Positions 20,182-31,939 of a DNA stretch of 64,000 bases are shown here, piece after piece. The position numbers were made by a program, and so were the translations under genes. The DNA comes from Octopus vulgaris (Eukaryota), in assembly GCA_951406725.2 (NCBI GenBank), contig OX597818.1, forward strand, positions 85,684,001-85,748,000, given 5' to 3'. How positions within the stretch are numbered: position 1 is the first letter of the stretch; each line of letters begins with the position of its first letter. Under the pieces are notes generated by a model that ran no database searches, was not told where the DNA came from, and saw only the letters and a program-made list of their open reading frames with translations.

Positions 20182-20461
20182 GTAAGTAACAGAGATTATT
20201 TTGTCTCTCTTAATTAATATTTATTTGAATTTCTCTGTGTGCATGTGATTTCATTAATCTGAGATGTGATGTCTAAGCCCATCACCTTTCTTTAACTCTC
20301 TTCCATTGACTGAAGTTAATTAAGCTTTCTAATTTAAAACTGGTTTATCTTTGATTCTTTCCCAATGAGAAGAGGAAGAAGAAGATATTGCAAAGGATAC
20401 ATATATGGCTTGGGATTTCTAATGGAATATGTGTTGGAGCATAGTACACTACAGAATTTAC

Positions 20462-20965
20462 AAGACGCATCTTATTGATGCTCTAGGATACCTCATCAGT
20501 GGTGCTTCTGAGTTCTCTGGGGGTTTTAAGTCTTTCAACATTAGACCTTTCCAAACCAGTTGATCCATCTAGGGTTAAGTCCCAGCTTCCATCCCAATAG
20601 CAGTGAACTACTGGCCTACCCACTTTATCCAAGGCCACCTCGCGGCCTTCCCTGCAGATTCAGTAATTGAGTTCATGGTCCTCCTTTTTGTTGCACCAAT
20701 AACTCCAAGATCAGTCAGATCTTTGCAGAATGAATGCCCCCATAAACCCCCAGCTTCCTACTTCGAAAGCTTTGCAATGCACTTGCCAGCCATGGTTTCT
20801 ACACTGCTCTACAAGCTCTTGGTATTTGGTAAGCCTCTTCTAAGGAGTTTCCTCCATATATCCTTCCTAAGGTACAGTTATTTTCCACATGATCACCTGT
20901 TCAGTGGAATTTGAGATCACTATCTCTGGGTTGAGTGTTGTTGGTACATTGTGATCTGGAAACAG
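20462..20965 (-). mobile_element. Decayed 3' end of an RLE-type (HERO-like) non-LTR retrotransposon
   Basis: Minus strand reads LFPDHNVPTTLNPEIVISNSTEQVIMWKITVP*EGYMEETP*KRLTKYQELVEQCRNHGWQVHCKAFEVGSWGF /fs/ HSFCKDLTDLGVIGATKRRTMNSITESAGKAARWPWIK. This fits the RPD...ELTVPWE...K..KY...EVG.RGF restriction-like endonuclease pattern and is followed by a 3'UTR. Confidence 0.75.
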
Positions 20966-21789
20966 ATCAGGCAACATGTTATCACCTTGTTATTGCTTAG
21001 TTCCCAATCAGTTTTTATTTTTCAGACAAATGATCAAAATCAGGGTCATGTTTGCAGCATTATAATCCCCAAGTAAATCACTGCACTGGGCCCTATAGTA
21101 AATTTTAATCGACATCAAGCCTCAACTTACATAGATCAGAATTTCAGCCCTAGACCTATGATGCTTCTGGGCAACTACCCCATGTGACTATTCCTTAAGA
21201 TGGCACTAGTCAAAATAATTATAGTCACAGCCAGCCAGTCCTCTTTTTTTTTAGACAATGTTTATCTTAGACTATGTTTTCAAATGCGACCTCCTATCTA
21301 TGAGGTGATAAATTTAAGAAGGATTTTGCTGCTATTATAAGTTAATTAGCCTCTACGAAGACTCATGTATGGAATAAAATCTTTGAGGGCAGAGTGGCTG
21401 GTGAAATTGTAGAAATAATAGGAAAGTTGATAGAAGTGTACTTTAAATGACTATATTATTCATTCAGAAAGTGAAGGAATTACATAGAGCAATTTAAAGA
21501 GAACAGAGATAGTCAGATATGCCAAATCCTCAGCAGTGAAACAGCTGCACCCAGTTGTCTCATTATGTTGCCCAATACCATTGCTTTACAAAAAAAAGCT
21601 TAAGTAATTTAAAGGAAACCCTCTCTTAGATCACCAAACCAGGAATTTTAATTATTTTACTATTCTAAATTCATAATTCTAAATATTAAATTATTTTCAA
21701 CAAGGATTTTTCCTCCTTTACTTTTCTTTTTTTCTCCCCACTCCTTTGACTAAACAGGCATACAGCCTCCTAACACATTCACTCACTCA

Positions 21790-21824
<35 letters not shown>

Positions 21825-22744
21825 GTGCTCTGTATCTCTCCGGTCTTCACTGTTGTCTACCCGAAGGGCATCAATCAAAATCATCTAATATATCATCATC
21901 ATCATCATCATCTTCAACTTAATGTTGCTCTTCTTCATCTTGTTGTAGTTGTTGTTCTTGTTACTGTAGTTTCTTCCCTTCTACCTCCTCGCCTTCCTCT
22001 TCCCTTTACTTTCATTCTTTCTTTCTTCTCCTTCCATTTTCCAAGAAGGGGTAGATTTGTGCAGTTTAAGGTATTTTCTTCTTACTCCTTTCTACCCTGC
22101 TACCCTATTGCAGCCACTTCCTTTACTCAATAACACTACACATACCACACTCATCCACCCATTCACCTCCATTTACTCAACATTACCCATGGTTTTGTCA
22201 TTAACCCCTTTACCACCACTTCCACCCTCACTTCTTATCTGTAATATTTCTAACCAATTTACTATTCCTTACCATTGAAGTCAACGCCCACTCACTACTT
22301 TTCCATTCCCTCCAACCCCTTCACTGTCACTAGCCTTTGAGAACTTTTTCACCATAGACACAGGAATGACTGTGTAGTTAAGAAGCTATTTTTTTGCAAC
22401 CATGTGGTTTCAAGTTCAATCTCACAGCATAGCATCTTAAGTGACTTCTGCTATAATTCCATGCCACCATCTGGAACACACACACACACATGAGTGAGAG
22501 AGACACACTCACACACACATGCATACATGTGTATCTTTTATTGTTCCCCCCACCATTGCATCACAGTTCAGTCGGTCTCTTTTACCAAATCACTAAGTTA
22601 CAGGAGCATAGACAAACCAACACCAGTTGCCAAGTGGTAGTGGAGAACAAGCACAAAGGCCTACTCATGTGTATACACACACATATATTGTCATCATCAT
22701 CCACATATCCATACCTATGTGGTTTAGATGCAGTTTACTGAGGT

Positions 22745-22992
22745 CTTCTTGTCTTGTCTTGAGACAGCATTCACCCTGGGTGGGTTGAGCTGGCTTCATT
22801 CATCCTCAATGCTGCATCTCTCACAAACACCGACCAGACCTGGCGATTTGAGGCTAACCACCACGTGATCTCCAACTACTCCTTATTCCAGCGGCGAATG
22901 CCATAAACATGGGGGCCTAGGTTGGGTTCCAGATCAGCCTTGATCGTCATCAGCCAGGTTTTTCGTTGTCCACCACATCGCTTTCGCCAACC
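22745..22992 (-). mobile_element. 5'-truncated RTE-clade LINE 3' end with 7-bp target-site duplication
   Basis: Minus strand reads GWRKRCGGQRKTWLMTIKADLE...GIRRWNKE*...LASNRQVWSVFVRDA...PG*, then a (CAAGA)n tail. CTGAGGT occurs at 22738-22744 and 22993-22999. Confidence 0.78.
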
Positions 22993-24934
22993 CTGAGGTA
23001 ATTTACAATGGCTGGATACCCTTCTTGTTGCCAGCCCTCACCTGTTTCCAAGCAAGGTAATATTTCCCCGTGGCCAAACATATTCTTGCAGAACAATGGA
23101 AGTAAATGACACTGTTTGTATCACAGTAACACTCATTTACAACTATCATGCAATGTCAAGACAAGGAAACACAAACATAGACACACATGCATGCAGGCAT
23201 ACATGTATTCATTCGTTCATTTGTCTGGATGAACCGATGGAGTTTGCAAATCCAGTACTGAAGATAGACTTTCAGCTTCACACCTATTATTATTGGAGCT
23301 ACAGGATACATCTGGTGCAAAGTATGGCTGAACTTGGGATCTTGGGGAGAGAATGCAAATCTTAAATTCATACGCTACAAATTGTCATGATATCTACAAC
23401 TATATTTTTATGCAAGACCTTAATATTTAAGGGATGGTTAAGACAAGATACTTTCCTTTACAGCCTTCGTACAAAGTAGGTGACTAGTCAAAATTTACCC
23501 TAAAATTAAAAAGAGGAAGAGAAGCATGCACACATGCACATGCACATAGTCCATATGATGGGCTTCTTTCAGTTTCCATCTACCAAATCCAGTCTCTAGG
23601 TCTTGGTTGCTATAGCAGAAGACACTTGCCTGAGGTGAGACTGAACTCAGAATCATGTTGTTTGGAAGCAAGCTTCTTACTATGTAAGCCATCCTTGCAA
23701 CTACACCTTATATGTGCAGACACAAACACACACATGTACACAAATGTATGCACACACACACAAAAACACACACAGAAAAAGAAAAGTGTGAGAAAAAAAG
23801 TAAGCACTCCTCTCTTGTTCTGCCAACAATTTCAAGCCCTACCCTAACCAGCATAGAGTGAGGTTATTAAAATTAATAAATAAAATAAGAGTGGTGTTAA
23901 AAGGGATGACACCCTGATTACCACCACTGCCATATTGGGATTGCAGTATTGTCAATAAACGAATAAAAGTGGGTAAGGGTGTTTTCTGTTGTTGTTTTTT
24001 TAATGTTGGGTGGTTGGTGGCAGACATTGTGTCTTCTACATCCACCACTGCTTCCAAAAGGGAATTGCTAAAATTCAAATGAATAAATAAATAAAGGAGT
24101 GTTGAAAAAAAGCATCAACATCATCATTGTTATTACCATGAAATGTGCTGCTGGCCCTCATGGCAAAAGTTATAAAAATGTACTTCCAGCTGTAGAAAAA
24201 TAGCTGGGCTCTGTATTGTGTGTGTGTGTGTGCTTGTGCATGCATGCAAGGGGAGGAATGGCATTTGAGGTGTAATGAAACAAATGAGGAGTGGATGATA
24301 AATAGAAAATGTAGCTAAAGAAAATATTTTGAAATACCCTCTAACTATCCATTAACATTTAAGGAGTTTGTTTTTTATACATTTATTTTATTATTGATAT
24401 TATCATTATTATTATTGGCTCTAATGTTAGAATTTATTCACCATCATCATTTTGTTATCATTAAAAGATTATCAAAAAATAAAAAGGGAGAGAGAAAGTG
24501 GGGAAGAAAAATGCTATTTTCTGGAGTGTACCCCTGCCATCATGTTTTATTTCTAAAGCAAATTTTCCTTATGGTGTTATTATAAGATTCTTGACATTTC
24601 ACTGAGTTTTTACTTCTGGGTTTCATGCATGTGGCATAGGTGGGGAGATACACCCTGTTTTCACTTCCTTCCCCCATCACTGTGAGAAGAATGTCAATTA
24701 TGAAGAAGAGATTGAATGCAATAATGTTTTTAATTTAATTTGTAATGTCTTTTTATAAGAATTACAATATATTCTAATTCAAGAATTCATTAAGAGAAAA
24801 ATATTTATTTAGTGAAAAAAATTATAAAATAAAAATCCTGAAAGAAGTTTTCTCCCCCTACCAACTCCATCAGTACATTCTGTCTAAATTAAAAAAAAAA
24901 CAATTAGTAATGATTACTAGTATTACTATTATTA

Positions 24935-25140
24935 AGGTGGTGAGCTGGCAGAACCATTAGCATGCTGGACAAAATGCTTAGCGGCATTTCATCTGCAGCT
25001 ATATTCTGAGTTCAAATTCCACCAAGGTCAACTTTGCCTTTCACCCTTTCAGGGTCAATAAATTAAGTACCAGTGAAAGACTGGGGATTGACTAGACCCC
25101 ATCCAAAAAATTTCAGGCCTTGTACCTTTATTAGAAAATA
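24935..25140 (+). mobile_element. SINE family B (Meta-domain-like core)
   Basis: ggtggtgagctggcagaa...gagttcaaattcc...gcctttcaccctttcagggtcaataaattaagtaccag. Many copies in the window, e.g. 14835-15010, 26480-26700, 39420-39830, 57300-57500. Confidence 0.75.
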
Positions 25141-25340
25141 TTACCTACTGGAGGGTGGTTGGGGTTTGCTCCCCCTGCTAACAATATATTGTATATAAAG
25201 GGTGCAGTTGTACCGATAACCAGCTGGTGGAGAATCTGCCTGGAGTTAAAATAGTTGTGACATGAAACAGCCACTTTTATATGGTGACTGACTTTACTTT
25301 TTAGTATAGTTACTAACCTGGTCTCTTGAGATTTATAACT

Positions 25341-25672
25341 TGGCTTCTGTGCCGGTGGCACATAAAAAGCACCATCTGAATCGTGGCCGATGCCAGTACC
25401 GCATCGACTGGCTTCCGTGCCGGTGGCATGTAAAATGCACCAATCCGACCTTGGCATTTGCCAGCCTCGCCTGGCACCTGTGCAGGTGGCACGTAAAAAG
25501 CACCCACTACACTCACGGAGTGGTTGGCATTAGGAAGGGCATCCATCTGTAGAAACACTGCCAGATCAGACTGGAGCCTGGTGTAGCCTTCTGGCTTCCC
25601 AGGTCCCCAGTCGAACCGTCCAACCCATGCTAGCATGGAGAACGGACATTAAACGATGATGATGATGATGAT
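25341..25672 (+). mobile_element. SINE family C with internal tandem units and (GAT)n tail
   Basis: ggtggcacgtaaaaagcacc units, then ggcattaggaagggcatcc...aacccatgctagcatgga...aaacgatgatgatg. Other copies at 9410-9750 (+), 26030-26336 (+), 7433-7790 (-), 14388-14620 (-), 62020-62345 (-). Confidence 0.75.
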
Positions 25673-25905
25673 TATCATAGAGGATACATGGCCTAGTATT
25701 TAAGGTGTTGCACTCATGATTGTAAGATCGTGGTTTCAATTCCTAAACCAGGTGGTATGTTGTGTTCTTGGACAAAACACTTCTTCTCACATTACTTTGT
25801 GATCTCTTTGACACCTGACTATAGTACACCATGCACCTGTTCAGGGGACATTGATTTGATGGAGGGAGTGAGCTCATGTATGGCACATATATTTGATCAC
25901 TAAAC

Positions 25906-26369
25906 CAGTGGTTCCCAACCTGTGGTCCATGGACCCCTGGTGGTCTGCAAAGGTAGTAGTGGGGGGAGGGTCCATGAACAAGTTAGGCTGACAGACCTTT
26001 CAATATCCTGGGATGCATGGGGAAAACTCATTGTAAAAAGCACCATCCGTTCGTGGCCGTTGCCAGCCTCGCCTCGCCCCCATTCCGGTGGCACTTAAAA
26101 AGCACCATCTGATCGTGGCCGTTTGCCAACCTCATCTGGCACCTGTGCCGGTGGCACGTGAAAAGCACCCACTACACTCACGGAGTGGTTGGCGTTAGGA
26201 AGGGCATCCAGCCGTAGAAACATTGCCAGATCAGACTGGGCCTGGTACAGCCTTCTGGCTTCCCAGACCCCAGCTGAACCGTCCAACCCATGCTAGCATG
26301 GAAAGCAGACGCTAAACGATGATGATGATGATGATGGGTCCTTGGTAGTGAAAAGGTTGGGAACCACTG
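25906..26369. mobile_element. hAT-type MITE interrupted by a family C SINE
   Basis: Perfect 15-bp TIRs CAGTGGTTCCCAACC (25906-25920) and GGTTGGGAACCACTG (26355-26369). Degenerate 8-bp flanks cactaaac / ttataaac. Confidence 0.8.
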
Positions 26370-27929
26370 TTATAAACAAATCATTTGTGCAGGTCATTTG
26401 CCAAACTGTCAGTCATACATTATCTTCAATAGGAAAGTCTGTTATCATCATCATCATCATCATTATTATTATTATTACTAAGGTGGCCAGCTGACGGAAT
26501 TGTTAGTATGCCAGGTGAAATACTTAGCAGTATTTTGGCTGTCTTCACTTTCTGAACTCAAATTTCACCGAGGTCAACTTTGCTTTTCCTCCTTTCAGGA
26601 TCAATAAATTAAGTACCAGTGAAATGCTGGGGGATCGATGTAATCGACTAGTCCCTCTCCACAAATTTCAGGCCTTGTGCCTTTAGTAGAAAGGATTATT
26701 ATTATTGCTACTACTACAACTATTATTGTCATCACTATCACCATTATTTCAAACATATAGCATTCTGGAATCTGGTTTAGGTCGTACCTACTTTTAAGAA
26801 CTTTGTCTTTTACTTGTTTCATACTTTAACCTCTCATTTCTTAGCATTAAGCTCCCTCTCTAAGAGTGTCTAGTCTTGCAAGCCATATATTAGTGCCATT
26901 AGTATGAAAAAAAGCACATGGTACACAATGTAAAAGGATTAGCATTAGGAAGGGCTTCCCATTGTAAAAACCATGTCAAAGTAGACACTGGAGCACAAAG
27001 CAGTTCTTGGACCCACTGGATCTTGCCAAACCATCCAGCCCATGCCAGTATCAAACATGAACATTAAAGGATGATTATGATGATGATGATGATATAATTT
27101 TTATTTATTTAAAAAGAAACTTCTATAAGTTATTTTCCATTTTAGAAAAATAGAAAAAATCCCACTCCACTTACATGCCCCTAGTACTGACATCCCTATC
27201 AGATACACTCACCACCATCACTCCATTACAAAATACCATCACCATACCTTCAGCTGTCAACCTTTCTAACCAGTATAGTCTCCCCTTCCCTCTACAGTTC
27301 CTCCTTTACATACTACAACATCCTACCAACACCACCTTTGTCATGCTACCCCTATCTTCTCCACAACATTCTTATGTCTGCAGAACTGCCAGTGGAAGAA
27401 AGAAAGTTGTCTCAGTAATTATTGTAATAATTGCATTGCTAAGTAGCATGCTTGAGAGGACATTCGTGCAGATGCATGCATCAGAGTGAATGCATGCATG
27501 TGTATTTTGGAGTATGCATGAAAAAACATATGTAGTACATGATCAGTTGTCTAAACATTTGACAATGCCCCACCTTATCTGTTTACACATCTGCACAACC
27601 ACCTCCACCACTACCACCATGTTCATTCTCATAACTGACTTCACCTTCAACCACTATATCACTGCCAGAAGCTTAAAAGGGTGGTGGTTATAGAAGGGTA
27701 TATTATTTTTTTTTAGATAAAAGAATTTGAGATTTTATGGAGGGTGGGGGTTAGCAGGTTATTTTTTGTGTGTAGCTTTATCATTTACACATTGCAGTCT
27801 CCAAACTGCGGCCATGCTGGGGCATTGCCTTGAAGAATTTTAGTCAAATGAATCAATCCTAGTACTTTTTAAACCTGGTACTTATTTCATTGGTCTCTTT
27901 TGCTTAACTGCTAGGTTATGAGTGGGTGG

Positions 27930-28630
27930 GACAGTCACTAAAACCCCAGTGCTCAACTAGTTCTTATTTTATTGACCCCCGCAAAAAAGTGACTAGCAAA
28001 GTCGACTTGGGCAGAATTTAAACTAATAATAATAATAGTAATGGTTTCAAATTTTGCCACAAGGGCAACAATTTTGGAGGAGGGGATGAATCAATTACAT
28101 AGACCCCAGTTTTCAGCTGGTACTTATTTTATCAACCCCTAAAAGATGAAAGGTAAAGTCAACTTCAGTGGAATTTGAACTCGGAATGTAACAACGGGTG
28201 AAATACTGCTGAGCATTTTGTCCAACATCCTAATGATTCTGCATGCTCACCACCTGAATAGTATTAATATTAATAATAATAATCTTTTCTACTATTGGCA
28301 CAAGACTTTAAATTTTTTTTGTTGAGTTACTAGTTGATTACATCAACCCCAGTGCACAACTGGGACTGATTTTATCAACCCCAAAAGGATGAAAGGCAAA
28401 GTTAACCTCAGCAGAATTTGAACTCAGAACATAAAGATGGACAAAATGCCACTAAGTATTTTGCCCAGCTCGTCTCCTTATATAATGATAATAATAATGT
28501 CTATTTTCCTTAGTCACTGCATGGTGATCGCCATAAGCTTTAAGCTGATATAAAAATACCATTATTATTATTTACAGGATTGTAAACTCAGTACCATATA
28601 AAATATGGTACTGATGATAATAATAATAAT

Positions 28631-28667
<37 letters not shown>

Positions 28668-28860
28668 GTTTCAAATTTTGGCACAAAAAAGAGGGTAAAT
28701 TGATTACATCAACTCCAGAGCTCAACAAGCATTTATTTTTTTATCCACTCTGAAAAGATGAAAGGCAAGGTTGATCTTGGCAGAATTTGAACTAAGAAAA
28801 TAAAGACTGACAAAATGCTGCTAAGCATTCTGCCTGGCATGCTAACAATTCTACCAGCTC

Positions 28861-28862
<2 letters not shown>
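27930..28862 (-). mobile_element. Cluster of about 4 family B SINEs in minus orientation separated by (AAT)n
   Basis: Repeated tacttattttatcaacccc..aaaggatgaaaggcaaagtc..cagaatttgaactc blocks. Confidence 0.75.
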
Positions 28863-28891
<29 letters not shown>

Positions 28892-31129
28892 AACAACAAC
28901 AACAAGTAAGAATTATAATATAGTTGTGATGCTCATTCCTGGTAAACCATTATTAGGTGGGTAGCCATGATGGGTATATTGAGCTTCATATATTTGTACC
29001 CCAGCATCACTTTGATGGCAAGTCCTGCACTCTCACTCAAGAATAGCGATATTTCATTCAAGCATAAAGTCGGACCCTTTGGAGAGAGGAACTGTCTATT
29101 TTATTGATCTTAGTATGTGACTGTTTACTTTATTTATTGACCCCCAGAAGAAGGAAAAGGCAAAAATCATTTTAAGCATGGTTTGAACTCAGAACATAGA
29201 AGGAATATTATTATATATCACAAGGCATAGAAAACATTCCAAATCACCATTCTACAAATACTGCATCTTTTTCTTCGATAGAATTATTCTCCAACTCTCT
29301 CTCTATCTGTCTCCCTCTCCCCCACCTCCACAACTTTGCAAGCCAGCATCATCAAACCCAACTCCAGACTGAATATATAAACTAAGTCAACTTTACCAAA
29401 ACAAAAATAAAATAAAATAACAATGTGAAAAAAAAAAATGGTTGCAACAACTTCGTTCTTTAAAACAATGTTATCTCTTGGTTTCTCTCTATTGCTATCT
29501 TTCATTCCCTCCTTCTCTCCATTTCTCCTCTCTCTATTTCCTTCCCTCCCTCTCTCTCTCCTCCCTCACTCCCACTCTCTCTGTCTCTGTATGGAACATC
29601 TGTAAAATTCTTTTTCAACTTTTTCTATACTCTCATACTCTCTCTCTCTCCCTCCCTCTCTCTTTCTCCCATCTTTCTCTACCTCTCTCTCTCTCTCTCT
29701 CTCTCTAATTTTTTATATCTTTTTTCTTATTTTTTGTTTGAATTTTATGTTTTCATTTTTAGTTATTTATTTTTTTGTTTTTGTATTCTAGTTTTTTACA
29801 TTTAATTTTTAACCAAAAGTTAGCTGTCTTGAAGAAGATGTTAGTAGAAGCAATAGCAGTAGTGATAGTAGTGATAATAGTGCTGGTGATAATAGCGAAG
29901 AAAATGATGTTTTATTGCACATGGTGGTGGCCACGATGGTGTTAAGAGTAATGATTATTTTTATTAGTTATGGCGGTCGTAAGTGGTAGGAATATAATAG
30001 TGTTGTTACTAATTATGGTGATAGTATGACGATGGTGATGATGTTAACTCGTTATTGTGTTGATGAGTATAATAGTGTTGCTATTATGATAGTGATGATG
30101 ACAGCGATGAATGATTACAATGACGATGATGATGATGTTACTAGTTATGGTGGTAGTGGCTGTGATGATGTGTATGGTGATGTTGTTGTTGTTGTTGCAG
30201 GCAGCTGTAATTTAAAATTACAACTAAAAGCTACATTTGTTGTTATCCATTAAACAACAAAACAACAAAAGACAAGCAACAATAATTTTCTTTTTATCTC
30301 CTCTTGCAGTTCTTTGTTTTATTCACAGACATGCTTCTTCCATCTGCTTAGTTACCATTTTTTTATATTGTTATTTTTTATAGTTATTATATATGATTTG
30401 TTGTGTATGCATATATGCATTTTTAGATGCGCATGTATGTATGTACTTTGTTTTTTGTTTTTTTTTTGTGTGTGTGCATATTTGTGTTTCCATGTGTATA
30501 TATGGCTGTGTGTATATGTGTAGTTTTCAGAGTATTTAAGTATGCAATTTAGTATGTGATTTACAATATGTATGTTTATATGTGTGTACCATTTATCTCA
30601 TGTATTCAACTTCGTTGTTTGTGTGGCATGTATATTGAAATAGATAACTGCTGTAAAGTAAAATATATTTTGTATATATTCTACCCACTCCCATCATCAA
30701 TCTTCTTATATACATTCAAAGGTTCTCTATCCTTCTATCTATATTTTACACTGCATTTTTTTCCTCCCTCATTTATAGAGCTCATTGTAAGCCCCTAGTT
30801 ACAAGATGAACTTTGCTAATGCTGGTACCATGCAAAAAGCACCCAGCACTACTCTGTTAAGTCATTGGCAGAGCTTAGCTTGGAGTAAGAAATTATTATT
30901 ATTGAACTCGCTACATAAAAAAAAACAAAAACAAAAATGCTTTACAGTATTTGTTTTGGCTTGCTACATTCTGAGTTCAGTTCCTGCTGAGGTTAACTTT
31001 CGTTCCTCCAGGGTGTCATAAAATAAAGTACCACCTTAGCACTGAGGTTGATGTTACCCACTTACCCTCGCCACTAAAACAGTTGGATTTGTGCCAAAAT
31101 TTGTAACCATAGTTATTTGTAGTAATATG

Positions 31130-31188
<59 letters not shown>

Positions 31189-31640
31189 AAGGTGGTGAAC
31201 TGGCAGAATCATTAGCATGCTGGGGGAAATGCTTATTATTATTATTAGTTTTTCTTCTTTCAATTTTGTTTCCATTTCTTGCCGAGCATCTTCCCAACTC
31301 CTATGGCAAAGAAACTCACTGTATACATTGGTAGACCATCAAACTAAACACACTAGATTGTTTGTTTTGAAAATGAATTGAAGTTATGTGTAAAAAGAAT
31401 TATAAATACACGGGTAGTAATCATTCTTGCATTGACAATGCTCTTCTTAAGATGTGTGATGTATCATATTGTTATTATCATTATTATTACTATGGGCAAT
31501 AAAATGTCCCAAATAGTAGAGTTCTAGGTTGAATGTTTTGATTTATTTACTTATTTCTGGTTATACTATGTTGTTCAAGTATTGTCGTTGCTGGTGCTGT
31601 TGCCGCTGTTGTTGTGTAACCTATATATTTATAGCCATAT

Positions 31641-31799
31641 TCATAGCAAATTCCGCCGAGGTTGACTTTGCCTTTCATCCTTTCGGGGTTGATAAATTAA
31701 GTAACAGTTACGCACTGGGGTCGATGTAATCGACTTAATCCGTTTGCCTGTCCTTGTTTGTCCCCTCTGTGTTTAGCCCCTTGGGAGCAGTAAAGAAAT
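31641..31799 (+). mobile_element. Young 5'-truncated family B-related SINE with 18-bp TSD
   Basis: CpG-intact core aattccgccgaggttgactttgcctttcatcctttcggggttg. Flanked by ATATATTTAYAGCCATAT at 31623-31640 and 31800-31817. Confidence 0.8.
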
Positions 31800-31837
31800 A
31801 TATATTTACAGCCATATATTTCAATTATTCTTTACAG

Positions 31838-31939
31838 GATTTCCAAACAGATATCAAATGTAAATTCAAACTGAACCAAGACGTGAAAGTACATGCCACT
31901 AAAACAAGCACAGACAGAATCATTTGTGATCCAGTCTCA
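31838..31939 (+). CDS. PlexB: Plexin exon C: IPT2
   Basis: tttacAG|GAT...TCA|GTaagt. Reads DFQTDIKCKFKLNQDVKVHATKTSTDRIICDPVS, with the CxF...IxC cysteine pair of plexin IPT2. 102 nt, phase 0-0. Confidence 0.85.

Noticed and set aside
25341-26170. CRISPR-like repeat-spacer appearance of GGTGGCACGTAAAAAGCACC units
   Set aside because: The 'spacers' are homologous to each other, the units sit inside a dispersed SINE, and the context is a eukaryotic intron with no cas genes.
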